Shown here in pieces: positions 14,233 to 25,346 of a DNA stretch of 62,833 nt; positions within the stretch are counted from its first letter, which is position 1; each line of letters begins with the position of its first letter. The translations under genes were made by a program, and so were the position numbers. The notes under the pieces are model-generated. The model searched no databases and had not been told where the DNA came from. It saw only the letters and a list, made by a program, of their open reading frames with translations. The stretch is taken from NCBI GenBank assembly GCA_045837725.1, contig JBEWZL010000227.1, positions 310,001 through 372,833 on the forward strand. The letters are read 5' to 3'. The stretch comes from Vermamoeba vermiformis. Its lineage: Eukaryota.

Positions 14233-16998
14233 ATGGCTGACAAACTCTTTAGTAAAAAGCCAGTAAGTCTAATTTAATCTAAATAATTTCTTGGTGGGAG
14301 TAAATATACAGATAATAGGACGTGATATTGATTTTTTGCAACACATCAACGCGCTCATTTTTACTGTTAATTTTAGCGTGCCAAAAATTTAATATTTATA
14401 TCTAATAATCCTATTGGTACTAATATTATGTAGAAATATAACGGCCCTCCAATTTCCGTTGATAGTCTCGGAGCACCAGATAAGGACGGCTTCATCACCA
14501 AACAAGGTGGTAATTTCAAGAGTTGGAAGCGAAGATGGCTCATTTTGAAGGGCGATAAATTATATTACTTCAAGACAAAGAAGGTAAGCTCAGGACAGAA
14601 AGGAGAGTCGAGCGAATCTGGACCAGATTTTCTAAAATTGAAAACGATTTTGGAGCTCAAAAATATCTTTGCCAATGCTGAATTTCAATTCAATCAATTC
14701 ACGGGATACTATTAGAATTTCATTTCTTATTGTAACTCCCGAAGAGCTCCAAATTTTCTCACTATTGAATCGGCAATCTGAGTAGTTACCAGCTCAGAAA
14801 ATTATCCCTTAGCTATACACCGGCTAAATTATGTAATTTTCATCATTTTTAACGCTATATTCTTAAATAGGACGCTAACGTTACTGGTGTGATTGATATT
14901 ACTCGCGACTCTTTTGTCCGCCCAGAACGCAAAAAAGAATCGAAATTTACCTTTGCCGTGGGTACATCTCGCCGTGTATTTTTCATGTACACTGATAACC
15001 AAGAGGTAAGTTGAATTGCTGCAATTATTTCTAAAATGGAAATTTGGCTTGGGACACGAAGCCGATGCGATCCGTTATGCTTTAAAATTAGAAAATTACG
15101 AGCTTCGCCACAATATTATTTTCAAAATATTTTAGTTTGTTTGTAGCGGCTAGAAACGCTTCAATCTCAAATATTTCTGATTGGCAGATCATGCTAATAT
15201 TCTCCGACTGTGTTCAAAATCACCCGTGGAGATAAACATGAGACTAACGATTATTGTCATTAGGAAATGGACGGCTGGATTAACAAATTACAACAAGTCA
15301 TTGACAGGCTGAAGTCTGGTGGTCAATCCGCTGGTGTTTCTCCTCAAACAACCGTTACACCCACCACGCACACCCACAACGACAACAACGTGCAGCACAC
15401 TACTCCTGGCGTCTCGTCGCCCACCGCTACCCCTACTCACCAAGATAACTATCCTAAACCCGCTGAGCTCCCCGTCAACGGTAAGTCAATCATGACTATC
15501 TTAAACTCGAGATTTGTCGCGCCAGTAAGCGACGTAATTTTCCGAGAACTTTATTTTACGTCATTTCATCGGAGTAATCTCGTCTTAAGCAGTTACAATG
15601 TGATTGAGCTCAATTTAATATTTTTGTGATTATTGCGCGGTATAACAATATCGTACAATATATGCGCTAATATGAATTGATTAGCCACAAATTATTCCTT
15701 CTATGTTAATTACAATAATTTTGGAGACGTAACAAGCCTTCGTTTTTCTGGATGCAGTTTTGGCGTTACGTAGGTATTGACAAACGCTATAAATAGGTTA
15801 CATTGGTCCCCGCGAAAAGATTGCGCACGCTAAAACAGAAGTCCCCTTCTTGCGCGACAAGGACAGCAAGACCCTTGAATTCTGGAACATTTGGGCTGAA
15901 AGCATTGCTCCTCGTGACGAACTGGCCCCTGGCAACAAGATCGACTTTGAAGTCTCGACCTCTGCTGACATGCAAAAGCTGACGTGGCGTGTCTCTGGTC
16001 CTCAAAACATTTTCATTCAAAAGATGGTCGATTTCTTCTGGAACGTCGGTGCTCCTGAAAGCGAGATTGATCGATTGAACGACGTTGGCGCGTTGATTAA
16101 TCCTATTTGCATCGGCTCATGGATTGACATGTCGCACAAGGGCGGCATGGACGGCGGTTGGTTCTTCCCCGTTGACATTCCTGTCAAGTACGCCATTGAA
16201 TCTAGCGACGTTGGTGAAGCTATTAAGAAGGTAACGGTCGTTAAAAATCAATCACAATCATTTGTTATTTATAGATGGAGATCATATTTTGATTCGGTTT
16301 TGCACTTTTTTTGGATGTGCGCGACGTCAAATCAAGATGTCAAACTAACGTCGTGTCAACCGCTCTATTTTTAGCGTGATCTCAATCTATGTTTTTACCT
16401 ACGCGCCTTTACTAACAATAGACCTTTAGTTCACCGACTGGGCTGAAGCTCACGGCGTTGTTGAGTGCTACATTGTGGGCCGTGACATGGGTGCTGCTCC
16501 TCCACGTCAAACCGAGATCCGCTTCAAGGTCCCTGGTGCCTCATTCCAAGAACAATACGAGCACGCCATGAGCGCGTTCTCTGCTTTCGATATTCCTGTT
16601 CCCCCCGAACAAGCCCTCGAAGTTATCCGTTCCACCCCTCGCGAAGGTTTGGCTATGTCAGTGATCACATCCAGCGAAGGTTTCGTTCGTGTTGGTCTGT
16701 TGGCTCCCAAGCCCGACGCTATGACTGTTGAGAAGCTCTGCTCACTGTCTGGCGCCCTCAACTCTGAATTGCTCCACTCATTCGAGGTACGTGTCGTGCA
16801 CTGTTGGTCGTGTCTGTTGTTTGACACGTGCTCCTTTGACACGTACTAATGCTTTTCTTCTTGCAGAGATCTCTCGGTGTCAATGGTCCCGAGTACGCCG
16901 AGTACCAATACCTCTCCAAAGGATTCGGCTACGGTGTTTATAAGGAAGGCTTCGACGTCGTCTTCCACTACAAAGTTGGAGAAGAAATCCCTAAATAA
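14233..16998 (+). CDS. PH-domain protein with a conserved-looking C-terminal domain of unknown function
   Basis: N-terminal PH domain (KDGFITKQGGNFKSWKRRWLILK...EEMDGWINKL), a Thr/Pro linker and a globular C-terminal part (MVDFFWNVGAP...GGMDGGWFFP). About 7 exons. Confidence 0.85.
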
Positions 16999-17630
16999 GA
17001 TCTCGCGGCTATTATTTAAAAGTTTTGTATTTCTACGCCCGAAATTTTATTTAACATCGACAACTTTTTGAATTAACGACTTGCTCTTTAAACAAGAGTA
17101 AGGCGAATTGTGATCATTTAATATTTTATTATAATCAAAAATATGGAATTAAAATGTAATTTTGTAAAGCTTATATTATTTTTATTCCAGTAATAAAAAT
17201 ACCTGTTTAAAACTACAAAAAACTGGATCCGATGAAACTCGCGCTAAATCTAAGGCGCAACAAGCTGGAAGAGCGCCTTGATCTTATCGAACGCGCAAAT
17301 GGTGACCTTATGTGCAATGTTGCGACAGGCTAATAGCGCGTTTGCCCGAGGTGATACTCGATTTGTCACGAGCGTTCCCCGCGCAGGTTTAACTCACTGT
17401 CTATTTTATGCCCGTGTTCGTCTTACAGGTACAACGTATTGTGGAGACGACCTAAACAAAAGGGTGCTTCATGGTACATGCAATCTGATATTACACTCTC
17501 CACAATACATAACTTTGGTTAAACCAATTTATTTTGTTTTACCGCACGATCTCACTCGCGTAACGAGTAAGTTGTCTTTTGACGAGCAAGCCAATCAAAA
17601 GACCATCGTAGCAGTAGTCTCTAAATTGAT

Positions 17631-18604
17631 TTACAATTGACCGCAGTCAGCAATGGTGATGACCTTGCTGGTCTTGCCGCTTTGAGAACCGAAGGACTCG
17701 ATCTTCTTGACGACTTCCATACCTTCGATGACCTTGCCGAAGACGACGTGCTTGCCGTCCAACCAGGGGCACTATAAAATAAAATATAAATTAACACGCA
17801 TATCAGAAGCAACAAAAAAAGTAAAAAGCGCAGAGAATCTACCAAAAATAATATCGTATAGAACGCAATACTTACGGGAACGGTGGTAACGAAGAATTGA
17901 GAACCGTTAGTTCCGGGACCAGCGTTGGCCATGCTAACAAATTAAAGTCAGTCCAAGGTTCACCAAGCACATCTAACAAGCGCAATAACAGAATGCGCTT
18001 AGTACACTTACGACAAGAGACCAGGGGTGGTGTGCTTGACCTTGAAGTTCTCGTCGGCGAACTTCTCACCGTAGATAGACTCACCACCTACGCGGAGCAA
18101 AAATTAAATTGGATTCTCTCTTGCGTCCTTTTGTCAGTCAATTACTTACCAGTACCGTTGCCTCTGGTGAAGTCACCTCCTTGGAGCATAAAGTCGGGGA
18201 TCACCTGTTAACAAACATGAAAATAAGTCTAAATCCCCAGATTTTATTTTGAGGGAGCAAAATATCAATGCTTACTCTGTGGAAAACGCTGTTCTTGAAG
18301 TGCAAGGGCTTGCCAGACTTTCCGACACCCTTCTCACCTATTTAGATAATTATCAGTTAATAATTTTGATTTTTGAAAAACAAATCTTTTCGAATCTTAC
18401 CAGTGCACAAAGCACGGAAGTTCTCAGCGGTCTTGGGGACGATGTCAGAGAAGAGCTAAATTAAAAGGATTAATATGATTGCCATTCACGAAACGAGGAA
18501 ACGCAAAGAAAAGTTTTGCATTCGGTTCCGCATACCTCGAAGACAATGCGACCAGCAGCGGAGCCACCAATAGTGACGTCAAAGAAAACCTTGGGGTTAG
18601 ACAT
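17631..18604 (-). CDS. PPIA: Cyclophilin A-type peptidyl-prolyl cis-trans isomerase
   Basis: Spliced [14 protein letters not shown]...[16 protein letters not shown]...[16 protein letters not shown]...[15 protein letters not shown]...[12 protein letters not shown]...ADCGQL-stop. Many short introns. Confidence 0.97.
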
Positions 18605-18945
18605 GTTGTATGTTGTTGTGTAAGGAGGATAAAAAGAACACCCACAGAACGAAAATTTGTTTGGCAGAGGAACCACGTGTTCAGTGAATTTGGATCTGGC
18701 AGAAAACTCATTAGGATGGCCCGAATAGCGCGGTAAGGGGAGGTGCGGTACTTTCCATTGGAGTGGTTTACATACAAACGTGGGCATTAGCAGCTTCAGC
18801 TAGCTAATCATTTTCTAATGGGTGGACGTATTTGTCGGTGCTGGGATACGTAGGAATTTGATTTTTTGCGGCCTTGTGCCAGGTCGCAAGAGGGGAGAGC
18901 TGTATCAAGGAAAAAGTTTGTGTGGCGGGCGGAGCCCGCCACCCG

Positions 18946-19013
18946 AAGGAGGATGACTCGAATAGGGGAAATCATCTGGGCTCCGCCCGCGCAGGTTTAA
19001 GCCTGCTGTGGTA
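18946..19013 (+). pseudogene. Partial inverted tRNA-Ser(CGA) copy with an 8-nt anticodon-loop insertion and a damaged T-loop
   Basis: AAGGAGGATGACTCGAA[TAGGGGAA]ATCATCTGGGCTCCGCCCGCGCAGGTTTAAGCCTGCTGT matches the 3' part of the adjacent tRNA. The 5' acceptor and D-arm portion is missing. Confidence 0.75.
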
Positions 19014-19078
19014 GACTACCGTATAATTTGCCAAACCGATGAACAGTGAGAGAAAAAGAAAAAAAGACAAAAAGAATT

Positions 19079-19161
19079 CGACAACAGCAGGATTTGAACC
19101 TGCGCGGGCGGAGCCCAGATGATTTCGAGTCATCCTCCTTAGACCACTCGGACATGTTGTC
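19079..19161 (-). tRNA. trnS-CGA: tRNA-Ser, anticodon CGA, intronless
   Basis: Minus strand reads GACAACATGTCCGAGTGGTCTAAGGAGGATGACTCGAAATCATCTGGGCTCCGCCCGCGCAGGTTCAAATCCTGCTGTTGTCG. It forms a full cloverleaf with a long variable arm, A/B boxes and a G discriminator. T-runs (Pol III terminator) follow downstream. Confidence 0.96.
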
Positions 19162-19357
19162 ATTTGTTGATTTACCAAGACAGTGTCCACAAAGGGTCGT
19201 CGACAAGACAAACTACCGGGCAGCTCCGCTGCTTGATTGCGCATAGTGCCCACGAATTGCTTGGCAGCTACGCTGCCCATAAATCACTGCTATAGCTTCA
19301 TCCTTAGGCAGCTTACGCTGCCCTACCGCTTTGATTTGGGTAAACGCTACCTTTATG

Positions 19358-20778
19358 TTACTTCAATGGTGGTAGACCAAGTTTGGCACGCAAAGCATTC
19401 ATGCCCTCAGTTGACATTTCGGCCAAACCTCCGCCTTCGCCTTTGGCTTGCTTTTCTTCATTATCATCTTTCTTTTGTCGCTTGCTACTGCGGCCTCCTT
19501 CTTCGCTAGCCTTGCGCTTGCGATCTGTAATTATGTATTAATTTCTATTCGTAACAATATTTTTTGCTGTGGAACTTACCTCGTGATCTCGATCTGCTTC
19601 TGTCACGTCTGTCTCTTCTGTCGCGACTTCTATCTCGATCTCTTCTATCTCTGGATCTTGATCTGCTTCGTCTAATAGCACGTGTTATTATTACTCATTA
19701 AAAAGAATTATTCTCCTTACCTTCTTCTGTCTCGCGATCTACTTCTGCTGCGTCTGTCTCGTCTCTCGCGACTTCGATCTCGATCACGTCTGTCTCTATC
19801 ACGACTTCTGCTGCGACTTCTTGAGCGCTTGTTACGATCTCTGTCACGACTTCTCGATCGTGATCTCTTGCGCCACTTTTCGGTCTTTTTCTCTTTCTCT
19901 TTTTCTTTGTCCTCTGAAGGCTCTTCTTCAGCTGACTCTTGAATTTCTTCTTCCAAGAAACTAATACGAGGACCTAACAGCTCCAAATCTTCCAACACTT
20001 GTCGCTTCATAATGCGCGGCAAGGCGACATCGAACACGCGTTCTTCGTGCAATAATTTATCGATGATTTCATCAACATGCATCATAACAAACTCTAGAAA
20101 ATAATAAAGTGAATGTTAGATTATTATAATCGATTTTCTATTAATTTAATGACGTACCTCCGTTGCCTTGTCGATATCGAATTTTTCTCATGTCAACGTA
20201 TAATGGCTCCAAATATTCGTAAATATCTACTGGCCGGCCAACCAATCGCAAATAAAATGCACCTAATATTCTTACATATCTAGTAAAATAGAAATTAATT
20301 CAAGATCCGATCGCTTTTAACACTGTCAAAATTAACTTACTTATAATCTTCGTTTGTTATAAATTCGACGATAATTTCTTTCTCGGGTTGTAATTGTAAC
20401 ATTTTGAGCACTAAACAAATAAACGGCGTTGGTTTAAGGTTTCCACCGTACATCCCGCCAACATATTTTAATTCTACTGCTCGATCGACTAATGTTGCCG
20501 CTAAAATAATATATTAATACGATATAATATGCAAAACATTGAGGATATTAGCCTGTCTGAAATGTGCAGCACAATATTAAAATAATTATTAAATTATTTT
20601 CAATCGCTCCTTTTGCTATTTATACGTTTAGACGAACAATATAATTACCTTTCAATGCAAAACATTTTTCCTTCCAATAATTGCTGCCATAAATTCTGGT
20701 TCGCATAATCGTCTCGATGAGATTCTGTGGATTCGTTCCATGGATGCTCTGAGCACCAGGATCCGTCTTATTCGCCAT
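19358..20778 (-). CDS. PRPF38A: Pre-mRNA splicing factor Prp38 (PRPF38A type) with an RS domain and a C-terminal HIND-like motif
   Basis: MANKTDPGAQSIHGTNPQNLIE...YWKEKCFAL, PTPFICLVLKMLQLQPEKEI, HVDEIIDKLL and RS/RD repeats. Ends MSTEGMNALRAKLGLPPLK-stop. Confidence 0.95.
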
Positions 20779-21220
20779 CTTGGTGGTATTGTTATTGATT
20801 TAACGTGTGGTTGGGGCAACAAGGAAACGACAAAACGAAAAACAGTCTCGCTCATTTCTTTGCTTTTGCTCTGCGAATTCCGACCAGTGCATCAATCGTA
20901 AGTATTTTGCTACGTACTAGGAATCATATTGTTTAGCCTTAGGAAGAAGTCAATCCCTTGAATTATAGATTTATAGGGAGTAGTTGCGCTATCTCCTTTT
21001 GAATTTCATTCTAGCAATAACTGCCCTTGATTCACTTTACGTAATTTCATGAACGACGTGCACAACCGAGACCGAGACGTAGCACGATTGAAGTCTGTTT
21101 TCACTGACTTTTCTGGTACATCTACTGTCGCGAGGCCGATCCAGCAAAATATAGCGATTTTTCCGTCAGTTTGCCTCCCTAAACGTATAAATACGCATGC
21201 TGCACACTGCTTTCTTTTCA

Positions 21221-21291
21221 ATCATCAACTTAGAGCTACAACAAAGCATCAAAATGTCAAACTTAGAAAAACATACCGGTGAAACTCGCGA
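21221..21291 (+). repeat. Dispersed ~65-70 bp repeat, copy 2
   Basis: AAAGCATCAAAATGTCAAACTTAGAAAAACATACCGGTGAAACTCGCGA matches 2372-2437. Confidence 0.75.
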
Positions 21292-21316
21292 TCCCTTGAA
21301 GGGAGGCAACACTTCT

Positions 21317-21610
21317 ATGAGCGTAAGTAGTTTCGTCTATGTATAAAATCGCAAAAGGCCATTATCGTTGGTATTAAGCATTTCTGACCTTTTTTTTGTC
21401 AAGTGGATGGATCCAAACCGCAAAGAGAACCAAACTCAAGGCGGCAATTCCATCCAAGACAAAATTCCTGGCGTCGCAAATTACTGGAATTACTCCGAAG
21501 TCCCCTCCGACAAAACCACCGGAGGATCGCACGTCATTGTTCCTCCTGAAAACGACAAAACCTCTAATTTTAAGACTGACGACCTCAAAATCCTTCACGA
21601 GAACGCTTAA
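21317..21610 (+). CDS. Small (~70 aa) hydrophilic hypothetical protein, 2 exons
   Basis: ATG AGC|gtaagt, intron 21323-21403 with a branch-like CTGAC and polypyrimidine tract, then in-frame WMDPNRKENQTQGG...LHENA-stop and a downstream AATAAA. Confidence 0.55.
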
Positions 21611-22047
21611 ACTATGATTCCATCGTGTACATACAATAAATTACTTAAACCAAAATTAGAAGGTTGTAATGCCGATGACAACAATTTCCGCACTGTTGCA
21701 ACAGCGATGGCATTGTCGACAATGATACTACTATATGTAAATGTCAAGAATTTCATCCTGTCTCCTTGTAGAAAGACTATCTTTGTGGGACCGCTTGTGA
21801 AACGTGTCTCTTATTATGTCGCTAAGATCTAGATCGAAAGAAGCGATTCCACAAGCACCACAATAGCCTGATTAAGATATATTTTTGCGAGTAAATTGTC
21901 GAAACGAATTTAAGAAGGTTAGTATTTTAAGACGACTTTAATTAAATCGAAAATTAATAAGTATTTAAAAAACGAAGTACTCCCAGCAACAATTAGTTAG
22001 TGTTAATAGAGGGGCGACATTAATTCATTTTTTTTCTCGCAGAACAC

Positions 22048-23158
22048 ATGGAACACGCCAAGGGACCAATTATATTCGATATTGGCTCGACGGTTGGAAA
22101 AGCAGGCTTCATTGACCAAGTAGAGCCTTTAAAGTGGCCTTCCATTGTGAGTTATCCAAAATGTCTCAAAAGTGCTGAACGAAAACACATCTACGTTGGC
22201 GACAGCGCGGTAGTACAGCGGCCATTGCAAGTATATGAATATCCAGTCCATCGAGGGCTAATAACGGACTGGAATTATATTGAAAGGATGTGGCGGTATG
22301 CTTTTGAAGAATTCCATGGCGATCCTGAAGAACACTCAGTTATGCTCTTAGAGCATCCACTAACACCAAAAGCTGCTCGCGAGAAGACTACACAAATAAT
22401 GTTTGAAACGTTCAAAGTACCTGCGGTCTTCATGGCCAATCCGTGCGTTGCTTCGATGCGCGCGGTCGGACGGACCACTGGAGTGGCCGTGAGCATGGGC
22501 GGACAGACTACATATTCGATGGCTGTCAAGGACGGCAAGGGCATGATAGAAACACTAAATTCGATGGATATTGGGTCTCAGGATGTTGTAGCCAGTTTCA
22601 TGAAGTCCATGATTCCCGAGAACTGGGACTCAGAGAACTTAACTTACCAAAATCTCGCTGCGCATATTCTTCGAAAGATAGGATACATAGCACTAGATTA
22701 CAATACTGAACTTCAAAAACTAGATAGTGAAGTGTCAGCCAGCTACGAAGATAAATATTGTGCCCTTACTTCGTCTTTCATCACGAGCGGTTCATGCACA
22801 CGGAGATAGTTTCCGCGAGCTGTTTGGACTCGAGAAGAGCGGCATTCACGACATGATATACAATTCAGTTAACAAGTGTGAACCAAGCATTCAGAGCGAA
22901 CTGTTCAAGAACATCGTTCTGTCCGGTGGTAATTCAATGACATGTGGGCTCGATGCGCGACTGATCAAAGAGCTTCAAATACTCTCGCCAGAGCACAGTA
23001 AGCACATGAGAATCGAACCAGGACTCTCGAGATTGGATCTGCCCTTCATTGGAGCTGCACGATTGGCTCAAACGCTCACTGATTGGATGACCAAAGCCGA
23101 GTACGACGAAGTTGGTACTTTGTTAGTGCATGAGAAGTGTCCAATAGGAGTGTGGTAG
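22048..23158 (+). CDS. Divergent intronless actin-related protein with two apparent frameshifts (pseudogene or assembly indels)
   Basis: Actin motifs IIFDIGS-x-x-x-KAGF, YPVHRGLITDW, REKTTQIMFETFKVPA, NIVLSGGNSM, WMTKAEYDEVG. The reading frame changes twice in 22760-22815. Confidence 0.85.
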
Positions 23159-23527
23159 ACTGTGAATAAAATTGAATTACATTGGAGCAGCTCCTTTATA
23201 TTGTGCCGCAATGAGTAAAAAAAAACTTCCTTCCTTCGGAAACTCCGATTTTTGGAACACTTTTTGAAATTCGGTTAAGTCATTTATTAATAAGATCGCG
23301 TAAGCTCTTTTATCAATAAACTTTAACTGCCCTGCTAGAGCTTGCTAAGCGGATCCGTTCATTCGTAGAGATCGGATTAATCGCCGTTAAATTCTCAGTT
23401 TGTCAATGCGTGTCCAAAGATCACTTTCAATCGAGTAACTCCGTGCACGTGAAGTAGGGTTATGACGTTGTATCCAGTTCAGTTAATGCTCAGGTGGTGC
23501 CTTTAAGGTGTATTGTGCAGGCGACTG

Positions 23528-24787
23528 CTACTGATCTCCAACGCGGTTACTACAACTGCGCTCAATTTCAGGTGGATCCGCCATTCTCTTCGTTTTGAAG
23601 TACTTTTCACGGCATTCACCTTCACTTGCTCGATTGATCGTCAAATAAAACGTTCGTCTCGTCTAATGTTAGAACAATACACTACTGTTAGTATTGCACC
23701 AGTAAGCTCCATTCGTTCATACTAACATACCTTGACAGGATCGCTATTTGCGTCGCTTCTGTGCGGCACGTGCATGCCAAAGAAGAACACATCGCCCGGC
23801 TCAGTCTCAATGTACTCCCAGCTGATAGTAGTGCGTTAGTATCTGTGTACTGGTACCGCGAACATGAGAGTGACACGTGTCAAACTGCCCATTGTAACGG
23901 ACACGTGTCATTCAAAGAGCTTTGTTATAAGTGATAATGCAAGTAATGATAGGGTGTATATTAAAACAGTTACCTATTCTCGCGGTCCCATCGTTGCAAC
24001 AGTTCTGGATCTAATTCAGGTTCATAATCACCGCTGTCATTGAACGGAAAGCCTCGGATAACCTTTTATAGATTAAATAATCAGATCGTACATCGCTATT
24101 ATAGTGACGCTATGTATTTTTGTACCTGCAAGCAGCCATTTGTTTTGTCAGCGCGATCCACCGAAATCATCGCTACAATGTGAGGCCGAAGTTCATAATG
24201 TAAATATCCTAGTATGCGAAATAAGGTATATTGTAATATGTATGCGACTTTACTACGCACCTGCACCATCTTGATGAGTTGCAAAGCCATGAGATCCAGG
24301 AAATTTGTAAATTATTTTGTCCTTGTAGATCTTGCATTCCTCGCCTAAAATTTCACCAGCAGCTTGCAATAATTTTTCTTTGATCGTTTTAAATACATCT
24401 CCGATATATGGCACAAAGTTCTCGGTTCTGGCTAGTATTCTCTGGTTATTTGAATTGTAATCGAAATATTGAAGCCATTTGCCTGCGACTTCTGGCCACG
24501 ATTGTATTATTTCCGCACATTTTATGAGCTAAATACAATAATTATTGCGTGCGTGAAGGTAACGCTGCAAAAGCAAAAGAAAATCAACTAAAATTAATTA
24601 GAATTAAATTCACGATAAAGGAATGTTGCTGTAATAATTGATTAATTATAACGGAACCGATATACAATAATAATCGAAGGTTATTTACATTTTCCTTTTC
24701 ACTGGCAGTAAATAAATCGCGTTTGAGAATGCAGCCGTCTTTGTAATACTGCTCTATCTCCTGCTCTGATAGCAATATAGACTGCAT
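23528..24787 (-). CDS. Phytanoyl-CoA dioxygenase (PhyH)-family Fe(II)/2-oxoglutarate oxygenase
   Basis: LSEQEIEQYYKDG, KDKIIYKFPGSHGFATHQDG (HxD), NGCLQV, EPGDVFFFGMHVPHRSDAN (distal His) and RRTFYLT. The exact stop is less certain. Confidence 0.88.
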
Positions 24788-25346
24788 TATAATAACTTCG
24801 TAATCTAAGAGACTAAGACTATTATTTAGTAATGAGTTCTCTTCGCCAAAGGCGCATGAAAAAAATAAAGTTACAAAGTATAAAATGCCAAAAATAGACC
24901 GCTGCTAGTGTACAGGTAATATTGTCATTTGAATGTTTATTCGAATAAATACATGGTTTTAAGTCGAATAAAGACGACAATTCTTTTGTTTTGGTCTTGG
25001 TTTGGGACATCCAGCTTGATTACAAATGGTTGGTGGTTGGGATGGGTTTGTATTATGTACTTGGCGTTGGTTGGGCAAGGTTGGGTATTCCGCTTGTGAT
25101 TGGTATTATATATAATGCAAAATTATTGTTATTGATTGTGTTGTTGAGATGCGATCTATTTTTCTAACTGCAATTGTTGCTGTAATATGTATAGTGCTGT
25201 ATATGAGTTGTGTATAGTATTGTATTTACGTGGCTATATTATTCATGAATATCAAGTCAAGCTCGTTGAAGATCCAAATCCATTCAGATCGGATGTCGAT
25301 CAAGGCCAATAGAAGAACAGCGTCTTTTATTCGGCCAAAATTCGTC

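Noticed and set aside
19560-19900. Repetitive CGATCT/CGACTT-rich tract as a tandem array
   Set aside because: It is the RS/RD dipeptide coding region of Prp38.
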